Shown: piece after piece, positions 11,818 through 20,000 of the stretch | Numbering within the stretch: the first letter of the stretch is position 1 | Layout of the letters: the number at the start of each line of letters is the position of its first letter | Source of the DNA: Catajapyx aquilonaris | Lineage: Eukaryota | Assembly (NCBI GenBank): GCA_000934665.2 | Contig: JYFJ02001950.1 | Location: 45,848-65,847 of the forward strand | DNA: 20,000 nucleotides | Reading direction: 5' to 3' | Notes under the pieces: model-generated | Database searches by the model: none | Told to the model about the DNA's origin: nothing | Seen by the model: the letters and a program-made list of their open reading frames with translations, nothing else | Made by a program: the position numbers and the translations under genes

Positions 11818-14800
11818 CTATGATAAAAAGAGTGATGCAATCGCATTAGGAAAACTTGTTAAACAAAGAGTGAACACTGAACAATTTAGCATATACCTTA
11901 ATGTCAGTCTTGCCTCTGTGCTCCACAATGTATCCGCCGAGTTCATCCAGAGCCGTCTTGGTCTCCAACGTCAAATGAATCTTCATGGCTGAGATATCCG
12001 CATTAACCTTTGACCTCCACTGACTAATGGCAATGGTGATACTTTACCTTCTCCTGTTGACTCCATTCTGGACGCGGTGTTGATAGTGTCTCCAAAGAGG
12101 CAGTACCTGGGCATCCTTGTGCCGACAACCCCTGCGACGCATGGTCCTGTGTTGATGCCCACCCGGATCTGGATGTGGTGACCTCTCCGGTGAGGTATCT
12201 CGTAGTGCTGGATCCCACTTATCAAGTCCAGTGCCATCGTGGCTATCTCGCCGGCGTGTTTGTTGCCTACAAGTGGGGCCGAAACAAGGTACAAGTAATT
12301 ATTGGGGTCAAGCAGTAGATTTATAGCGGTGTCCACTTACCATTCCTCTGGGGGATGCCTGACACGACCATGTAGGCGTCGCCGATGGTTTCGACTTTGT
12401 ACACGTCGTAATGCTCCAGACGGGAGTCGAACAGCTTGTACAGAGAATTCAGGAGGCCCACCACCTGCGTATACAGTATATTATACAAGTGGAGTTGAAC
12501 AATTGGCGGAATTTTTGCCCAATGCACTTGTCCAGAGGACACAAAAGACCAGCTCTAGCCCAATTACATGACTGATCATGGATTGAAAATATTCGTCTTA
12601 TTTATTGAATGTTGTCACTTGTCAACAATAAACATAGCAGCAAGATTAATATTTTGGTGTTTGGAAGAAAATGCACAATAATTCCGTTGGCCTAAATAAT
12701 TTTGAGTGTTACATTGGCTGAGCTGTCTTTCAGCGAAAATTGTTCGGGAAAAGCTTTATGTAACCCTCATAATCAAACCACTCAGCCAAAAAATTCACTT
12801 GCTCATACATCTACAGGTTTTAGATTTCGATGCATTGTTTATGCAGCTGTGGCTTTTTACTACATATATTCATATTTTTCGCGATATTAATTTCATGTGA
12901 ACAAATATTGTTGCATTCAAAATTAATTATTTAAATGCGGAAAGTAAGCGGGAGTTAGTTTCCATCCTGTATGTGCTGTATATGATGCTTGCTCGTCTAA
13001 AGTTTAGACAAACATGCATCATTTATAGCATACTCTAAAATATTCAAAATCTACTACCCAGTAGCGAGACGGAGAGGCGTAGTGGCATGTTAACTATGAT
13101 GCACCACAGAACCTTGTAAACTGTGTCAACAAGTTCAAATTAATTGTTCTAGTACGGTAATCCAAATAATGCATTCTCGTTAAAAAAATTTATCCAAGAC
13201 CCTATCATTTCGTATGAAATCAGTTTACCCCTCGCCATTTCCAGAGCGAATTTTTTTTGTATTAAAGGATGCCCAGACTGTAATACAGTACTTGTGGTGT
13301 TGGGCAGTAGGTGTGCCGAAGTGCGCGTTATCCAGATCGCACTGCTTCAGGCCATCCAGTTCGGCCTCGTATGCCACAGGAACAGACAAGACGGAGTGTG
13401 GGTTAGCTAACTGCCAGGATATGAAAATGGCGTGGAAAAGCAGCAGAGATGCCTAGCTGGAGTGACAGTTTGTTCCAGTAAATGAGTGAAAGCGGATTTC
13501 AGTTGCAAGTGCTTATGAAAGTCTCCTATTTAATTAAAATATAATTGTCATTTCGTTATAAAATTTTACTTTAAGTTTCGATCTCATTACGAAGAAAGCA
13601 GTCTCAGAAGTGAAAGAAGTGTCGCAGGCTGCAGCGACGCGACGTTTAAATAGTAAATATGAGTATTTTATTGGTGCTAATTATCTCAGTAAGGAGGATG
13701 AGATATATTCACAAAATAATGATCTTAAAATGCCCAAGGGTTCACCCTAATGTTTGTCTGAATATAGCTACTAATAGCTGCGTACTATCGCCAAAACATT
13801 AGACAACGATGATATTATAATAATTATGGCAATAGAGTTACTTGGGCAATGTATTAAAATAATAGTGAACTTGTTACAGTTTTACCTACGCAATATGATA
13901 GGGCTCACAGCAATGCGTAATACTAGCTTGGAGCTTCGTGGAGTTTTAGTCCGAAGTATATATAATCGTTGCATAATTTTGTTATTATAATTTTTTCAAA
14001 ACTCACATTTTGCAATGCTCTGGTGCGGAAATGTAAACTGTATGATACTACAGCTTTAGTTTTACCTAGAGTTTTACAAACTCAGCGCATCTGTTTACGT
14101 AAAATATATACCTCCTGCGGGAAAACGATAATTTAACTCTGGGAACTTTTGCACAAAATATATAGCGTTTGATTTAGCCTTGTATTTCGTATTTGCAGTC
14201 TGCACTGACAACAATCCAGGCTAGAGCGATGTTAATAATTTTTAACACCCATTATTTGAAGCGTGGTATGCTGTATTTTTTGTTATTGTCGCATTGATGT
14301 ATTGCAAGTACGAGATTATACATGTAACAGTATAATTATGCACATCATGTCCAGCTGTAAATGACATCTTACGTTCCCTTTGTGATGAGAACGGACCATC
14401 AAGATCTGCTGTTGCTTGGATCGTCATCTGGCAGTGTAATAGTACTGAATACAATCCACTGACATCACGTATTACATTTTTAAATAGCTTTTCTTTTACA
14501 AAGAGACCATTATTTTTGAAACATACCTCCAGAGGAGAACTGGAGGCAGAAAGGCGAGTGAATCCGACAATGTCACTGAAGTAGACCGTCCCGGATTCAA
14601 AGGCTTCTGCCGGAACCTGTCGGATTCAAATGTGTGTCAGTAAGCTCATAGGGTAACACATCCTACACACGAATCAAACGGCTGGTTCTCTGAAAGAATG
14701 AGAAAAAGGACCTGTTTTTTCTGCTTGAGCTGACGCGCCACGGCCGCTGGGAGCATCTGGCACAGGAGCCTGTCGCTTCGACGCTTCTCCTGGCGCAGTT

Positions 14801-17800
14801 TCTCGCTCTTTACCGACAGGGTTGCTGCGAATGCCTGCCGGGAATAAGGAAAATCGGGTTTTATATATACGCAATACAGCAGGCATCACACGGCTGATGG
14901 CGTCTCAGTCGCGCCCCAACTGATGACACTCTGCCTGGAAGCGGAATTGCTGGGAACAAAAGTCTCTCACTTTTTGATATAGGCTATAGGGCTAAGTTGA
15001 AAGGAATCTGAAAGATCCTAAATTAACTACGGTAATTTCCTCTTATAAATTCGCACAAGCAAAGCTGTATAGTGGTGGAAATTAAACGATAAGCATAAGT
15101 ATTGCCGCCTGGCCGTGTAAAAGAAAAGCTCCGCCAGACGGCAATACTTGTACTAATCCATTAATTTTCACCACTGTACTCTGTACCACACTCAGAAATG
15201 GTTCAATACCGTCAGTCCGTTGTAATTGGATATGGCCAATTAGGCTATGCTGGTAGTCTTATTTCTTCAGACGGCAAAATCGGTTGTTAGGGCATGTCAT
15301 TTAAGGTTGTGTAATCATACTTATTTGAACCTATCGTGATCAGTTCGTGAGGACCAATACCAGTAATATGAAGGCTAAAAATATCCGCTGAGAAGGCTCG
15401 TCTTGTTTTTCAAGCAACGTTCATTACTCGGGGGCCATTTCCATGGCGACAGTAGATTATTTTCCGTACCTGCACAGTGATGGTTATATTTTTAACCATG
15501 AAGATTATGGCCGGTCCGATGACCAATGTGAGTAAGAGGAGGCTGATGGCGATGCTTTGCTGCTGGGTGGCGGCTAGAATGTCCAGGTGTACTTGCATCC
15601 TTTAAAAAAATCGTCCAGTACTTGGATTCATAGTTACATAGCATTAAATTCGCGACGTACATGATCAGATCCTTCAGCTTCCATTGGTAACCCCGAAGCT
15701 CGTCGGTGTAGGAGGTCATTCCGTTGTAATACTCGTCAGCAAGGGTCAAGTTCGGTGCTCGAGCATTATTTTGATAGATTTGCTCCTTGTTGTTCATTAA
15801 CTTATTGTACGAGCCAAACTTGGCGATGAAGGTTTCATACTTGCCCATTATGTCCAACGAGAAATGTTGGGCCGCGTTGAGGTAGTCTTGTGCCAGCGAA
15901 TCGTGTCGTATGAACTTAATGAAGCTGGGCATGCTCAATCCACCTTTTCCAAAATAGTACAGTCCGTACACCATAGAGATGCTCAAATTCTCTATGCAGC
16001 GGATCATGTTTTGAAACGCAATCAAGTGCCTGAAAGTTTGGCTGCCATGTAGGCATATATTTTTTATATAAATTCGCAAAAGATTATGCAAAACGATCCA
16101 AGTCCAAAAAACAATCCGTTTCCTTGTACATTACAGCCTCTTAGGGAAATTTTCGAATAAAGAAAATTGGGCAATTCATCAAATTCTCCTCAAATCATGG
16201 CGACTTTGATTGTTCTGCATTTTTTGTCTTCGTATACAACCTCCAGACAGTAGATGTGGATCCCTTTCTGATTCTGGTAGTGAGCTGGTCCAAAATGAGG
16301 TCGTTGGCAATGTTGTACCACTGCATCTCTTCAAGAGCCGTATGGTCTGCTCTGGTTAAATCTTTCCTGAAACAATCTCGTTAATGAGAAAATTGCGCGT
16401 GTGTATATACTGTAGGAGAGTCGTGTTTACGTACGTTATTTCCAATATTCCTCTCCGGTTTTTTCTACGCGTGAAGTTAGCGAGCTGCTTTAGTTTACAA
16501 TTAGCGTAAAAGGGAAAGAGATATTTTGTTTCATATACTTACTGGAACGAGTCCAAATGAAACGATAAGGAGCTCTTGCTTCTGAAAATGCTGTTCCAAG
16601 TTGATGACGACGTATTCAGTGATTCTGACATTTTTTGCATGGCTATGTCTGTTGTGGTGAAAGTTGATTCCAAGTCCGTCCTGAAAGAAATTCTACTTGG
16701 CGCTTTATACTCATTTCTTTGCAAATCGCAGAGGTAACGTATAAAGTGCCCCATTTTTTCACAAATATTTACACACTCCTGAATGCATTACTAGTTTACG
16801 ACCATATCGAAAATGCTACATAGCCATGTATATCGCGTGATTCTATCTAGGCTCACTCTAATATTTAAGCGTGTAATAAGCAGATTTAATAAATGCGCAG
16901 AGTTTGATGCAGGCATGCATATATTATGCTCTGATTGGATACGTAATAATGCACTTTCTTAATTAAAGCGTTTCTCGGAAGAATCTCATATGTCAAGTGA
17001 CAACAATTTTCCAGGAAACAAAAAAAGTGCCCATGGGTTATACTAATTGCTTTGGCCAGTCTGTTTTATATGTTAGTGTATATGATACACACTTGCATTC
17101 AACTATTCAAATTAGACACTATAATGCTATTTTAAATTATCATAATATTATTTTGAAATTCTTGTGATTTTTCCGGAATTATCACAAAAACTACCTTCTT
17201 TTTATGGAAATACATGCTTATATGCATTGATTCATCGATCACACCAATTTCCTGATCATCTGGGAGGATAGAACGTCCTCTAATCAGATACACGTGTATT
17301 ATTGCGGTGGACCATCGTGTAGATTGTAGAGGAACCGGACGACTGATAAAACTTCAAGATGCTGTTCCTTTTCCTATGCATGAGACTGAGGTTTCAGTTT
17401 TATCGACACACACTACAATCCTGTACTACACAAAATTGTAACATGTACTGCATGTATCACTTCGAGGCGTGCCAAACTTTAAATTGTAATTCTGCATGAA
17501 AATCTTGCAGTAATGAAAATCTTCCAGTAAACTTTGTAAGTCACATGAATATCTGGCTTACTTTCGTCCAATGTATGAGGCTGACAGAAAGCCTTTCAGG
17601 AAGGTAATATACATACCGCTACGTGAATATTTCTGGCGCGAGTATAGTGAGACTGATTAGCCTTGAATGCCTTAACATGTTTCATGATGAACATCAACGA
17701 CATGTCCTGGGGTGGTGCTTAGATAATTTGGGAGTATACCATGTTTTACAAGATACTCCTGAAGCCTTCTAATCCTATGATTTCATGAAAAATCTCACAT

Positions 17801-19143
17801 GTCACCACTGATATGTGCTGGGATTCTTCCGGGAAATCACAAAGGTTGGAATGATCTGATATTATTTTCCCTTCAATATCTGCAACAACAGTGGAGTTTT
17901 TTTCAGAAATAGGAGATGAGCATTGGATGGAGGGCTTCCGAAAGTATGTACGGTATTACTACCCTTAACTCATTTTTTTCAAATTTTATGACATATGGGG
18001 TTATTCCGAGAAACGCTTCACTGAATTATTTGGAGTGTTTCCCAATTGAAGTGGTTTCCAGCAATATTTTAAATAAACCTTCTCTTTCAACTGCCTCAAT
18101 TAATATTTAATATTATATTTTACTATTCATTACTCTCCCTATACTTTTTCAGTAACAATAATATATTTTACTGACATCACCAAAACCTCAATTGAGCTAA
18201 AAATGTAATTCACTACATGAGGACCACTGCTACATAATTTAGAGGACTGCATCAATGAGTTTCGCTAAAAATTGTGCATGAACAGAGTAGTTTACTGCTT
18301 CAGTGCGCCATTGGTAAAAACTTTCCTGTAAAATACGATGGATTGCTCTCTCCAGTAGCGCATGCGCACTCGTCCTCTTCCGCTACACATCGGACGAGTA
18401 ATGCGCCTTCACGACTGGAGAGAGTAATCAATCAAGTTTTAACATTTGATATTCCACGCTGTATATACTATCCTTATTGCAGATTCCAACTCATATCACA
18501 GCCTATTATTTACCCTCCAGTACTTCACTGAATCCCTCAAGTGTTGTGACGATCGCACTGACCTGTTTCCATCCGTGAAAATATAATAGGCCACATCGCC
18601 TCTTTCGCTTTGCAAAGCCGTCAGCAATCTCCCAATCTCAACAGTCGTGTCAATCTGCAATAATATAAAAGATAGTATAGTGATATCTTTGTGTGTGTGT
18701 GAATAGTAGAAAGCGAGAGAAATGCACCCATCACACGCCACCTCTCTTTCTATCTCTTTGGATTCCCCGCGAAATATGACGGCAGATCCCATCGTAATGG
18801 TGTTCTGCACAAGCAGAGCCGCTATGGGAATGAAAGGCAGGATGATCATCTGCAATAGCTGGACTCTCTTGCCCCACTGGGAGAGAGGATTGGGTCGACA
18901 CATTCTGTTTCTCAAGGATATCACCGAAGACCCGTCTCCATTAGAGGGTGTCCTTCTGGTTCACACCGGTACAGGCACAAAATTTGTTGATAAAAATGTT
19001 GGGAACATGGACAAATCGGAAAGTTCTTACCCGCCGAGTGTGGAGAGTTCTCTGTCAGATGCGTTGTAACTGTGATGAGAGCAGCGTTCCATTGTATCTC
19101 CGAGAGTATGGCCTGCTTTGGCAGGCGTTACTTTCAACGGCAT
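11659..19143 (-). CDS. NIT-domain-type two-TM guanylyl cyclase (NIT-GC), whole gene model, 13 coding exons, 662 aa
   Basis: complement(join(19031-19143,18742-18955,18563-18654,16543-16680,16241-16366,15661-16029,15470-15599,14712-14834,14527-14616,12341-12464,12048-12266,11897-11988,11659-11817)) = 1989 nt. All introns are GT-AG and there is no internal stop. Domain order: TM1, NIT-like helical region (LQSERG), TM2, signalling helix ([14 protein letters not shown]), class III cyclase domain. Confidence 0.88.
11897..11988 (-). CDS. NIT-GC exon 12, cyclase domain
   Basis: [31 protein letters not shown], after a 59-nt intron. Donor AAG|gtatat. Confidence 0.93.
12048..12266 (-). CDS. NIT-GC exon 11, cyclase domain
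   Basis: [14 protein letters not shown]...[40 protein letters not shown] with the GTP-specifying Cys and catalytic Asn/Arg. Confidence 0.96.
12341..12464 (-). CDS. NIT-GC exon 10, cyclase domain
   Basis: [41 protein letters not shown] with the GTP-specifying Glu and second metal-binding Asp. Donor |gtaagt. Confidence 0.96.
14527..14616 (-). CDS. NIT-GC exon 9, cyclase domain start
   Basis: [30 protein letters not shown] with the first metal-binding Asp. Donor GAG|gtatgt. Confidence 0.95.
14712..14834 (-). CDS. NIT-GC exon 8, coiled-coil/signalling helix
   Basis: [41 protein letters not shown], the typical pre-catalytic LL.QMLP..VA..L motif. 123 nt, phase 0-0, in a different frame from track ORF 14674-14889. 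Confidence 0.92.
15070..15176. mobile_element. Tc1/mariner-like MITE, 107 bp, in NIT-GC intron 7
   Basis: ~44-bp imperfect inverted arms (tagtggtggaaattaa...aagtattgccgcctggc / gccagacggcaatactt...ttaattttcaccactg) flanked by TA at 15068-69 and 15177-78. Confidence 0.72.
15470..15599 (-). CDS. NIT-GC exon 7, second transmembrane helix
   Basis: tttttttaaag| acceptor. [43 protein letters not shown]. Donor CAG|gtacgg. Confidence 0.88.
15661..16029 (-). CDS. NIT-GC exon 6 (NIT-like domain, C-terminal half)
   Basis: actttcag| acceptor. [31 protein letters not shown]...[23 protein letters not shown]. Donor |gtacgt; 369 nt. Lies inside track ORF 15492-16091. Confidence 0.88.
16241..16366 (-). CDS. 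NIT-GC exon 5 (NIT-like domain)
   Basis: gtttcag| acceptor. [41 protein letters not shown]. Donor AG|gttgta; 126 nt, phase 2-2. Not in the ORF track. Confidence 0.82.
16543..16680 (-). CDS. NIT-GC exon 4 (NIT-like domain)
   Basis: tttctttcag| acceptor. [45 protein letters not shown]. Donor |gtaagt; 138 nt, phase 2-2. Confidence 0.82.
18337..18433. repeat. Imperfect inverted repeat / hairpin in NIT-GC intron 3
   Basis: Outer arms gattgctctctccagt (18341-18356) / actggagagagtaatc (18414-18429) match 15/16. Inner arms actcgtcc / ggacgagt. Confidence 0.75.
18563..18654 (-). CDS. NIT-GC exon 3, start of NIT-like domain
   Basis: ttattgcag| acceptor. [30 protein letters not shown] contains the LQxERG motif. 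Donor AG|gtcagt. Confidence 0.85.
18742..18955 (-). CDS. NIT-GC exon 2, first transmembrane helix
   Basis: ccag| acceptor. [71 protein letters not shown]. Weak donor |gtggcg. Confidence 0.82.
19031..19143 (-). CDS. NIT-GC coding exon 1 (probable start, [37 protein letters not shown])
   Basis: Acceptor cttacag| four bases before the ATG (19143-19141). Donor GG|gtaag at 19030; phase 2 joins the next exon in frame. No recognisable motif, so the start is less certain. Confidence 0.65.
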
Positions 19144-19220
19144 TCGCCTGTAAGATATGTTTGGATTGTTTGTGAACTATTAATATTAATTTCGTGCTTT
19201 TTAAAAATTGCAACTTATAC

Positions 19221-19585
19221 CAGGGTGTTTCCTGTAATTCGGGACAGACTTCTAGGATGTGTAGGGGATGCCTAGAGAAGCAATTTGGGATAGGACACCA
19301 ATGGTCGGAAACCCGTCCCAAATTAGCTAGAAAGCCTCAAATTGTAGCAATATTTCTTATATTTGTCAGATGAAATTGTTTATAACAGCTATAAACAATG
19401 AGCACAATAGAAAACACAACAATAATGGATTGTTACAACAATACAATGGGATGACAATGGGCCTTGGAGGCTCCGTAGCTCCATAGTGATGGGTTTCCGA
19501 CTATGGGTGTCCTATTCCAAATTGCTTCTCTAAAGCATCCCCTACACATCCTAGAAGTCTGTCCCGAATTACAATCTCCACCCTA
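19221..19585. mobile_element. MITE with ~100-bp terminal inverted repeats (CAGGGTG end, Tc1/mariner-like)
   Basis: Arms ~19221-19320 and ~19486-19585, including a perfect 39-bp inverted match (19233-19271 vs 19535-19573). AT-rich interior with acaat(g/a) repeats. TA target duplication is not clean. Confidence 0.8.
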
Positions 19586-19756
19586 GGCCTATACAGTATA
19601 CTGATCAACTTTACGTTCTGTAGCTGAAGCCGTGGTCCACTGCTCCCACAATATGCTTAAAATATAACATCCCAGATGTTAATTGAACGAAAAGTTCTAA
19701 CAAGTGAGCCAATGGAAGTTTTAAGACACTGAGCAGAGCGTTCCGTAATAATCTAA

Positions 19757-19903
19757 ATCCTGTTTCACAAACTCGACGTTGCGAGAGCGCGGCGCGGCGC
19801 GTGAGTTGCGCGTGAGTTGCGCTGGCGTCCAACCGGGTGGACTTTCTGCGGCCGGGGAGCGGCAAGCCCCCTCTGTCGCAACGCCGAGTTTGTGAAACAG
19901 GCT
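19757..19903. mobile_element. PIF/Harbinger-like MITE, 147 bp, TAA target-site duplication
   Basis: 28-bp TIRs atcctgtttcacaaactcgacgttgcga / tcgcaacgccgagtttgtgaaacaggct (2 mismatches). TAA on both sides (19754-56, 19904-06). GC-rich interior. Confidence 0.82.
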
Positions 19904-20000
19904 TAAGAGCGCGCTCTACCCTTCCCCTCCCAGCGAGTTGGGAGCAGGTCGAGGTCCGTCCCGCCAGTTTGACTCCTCTTCCTCTCGCTGTGACGGGCAC

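Noticed and set aside
11645..11992. + strand ORFs over cyclase exons (also 12302-12571, 15864-16052, 18722-19069)
   Set aside because: Antisense to well-supported NIT-GC exons.
14674..14889. Track ORF translation [10 protein letters not shown]...
   Set aside because: Wrong frame; the real exon 14834-14712 reads [29 protein letters not shown].
16241..16366. Suspected frameshift in NIT-GC exon 5
   Set aside because: Recount gives 126 nt, phase 2-2, reading [11 protein letters not shown] into the next exon; the gene is not a pseudogene here.
1..20000. CRISPR array, tRNA/rRNA genes or prokaryotic operon
   Set aside because: No regularly spaced repeat-spacer array or RNA gene signature was seen; the genes have spliceosomal introns.

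Overview
Eukaryotic genomic DNA, most likely from an arthropod (GT-AG introns as short as 59-87 nt), carrying two convergent protein-coding genes. On the + strand is the 3' part of a TRIM-NHL gene of the nhl-1/abba(thin) type: a >1.9 kb exon (1-1905, open from the window edge) spliced to a terminal exon (4223-4436), together giving six NHL repeats. On the - strand I reconstructed by hand a 13-coding-exon gene (19143->11659, 1989 nt, 662 aa, all splice phases compatible). It encodes a two-transmembrane guanylyl cyclase with a NIT-like (nitrate/nitrite-sensing type) domain between the helices and no kinase-homology domain (NIT-GC architecture). The non-coding DNA holds four MITE-like inverted-repeat elements, a ~193-bp tandem duplication, an intronic hairpin, a cluster of TTCN3GAA sites and unexplained coding-like blocks. 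The best leads are the NIT-GC with an apparently altered second NIT motif, and possible alternative C-termini of the NHL protein, including a hydrophobic intron read-through tail. All family assignments are from motif recognition, not database searches.
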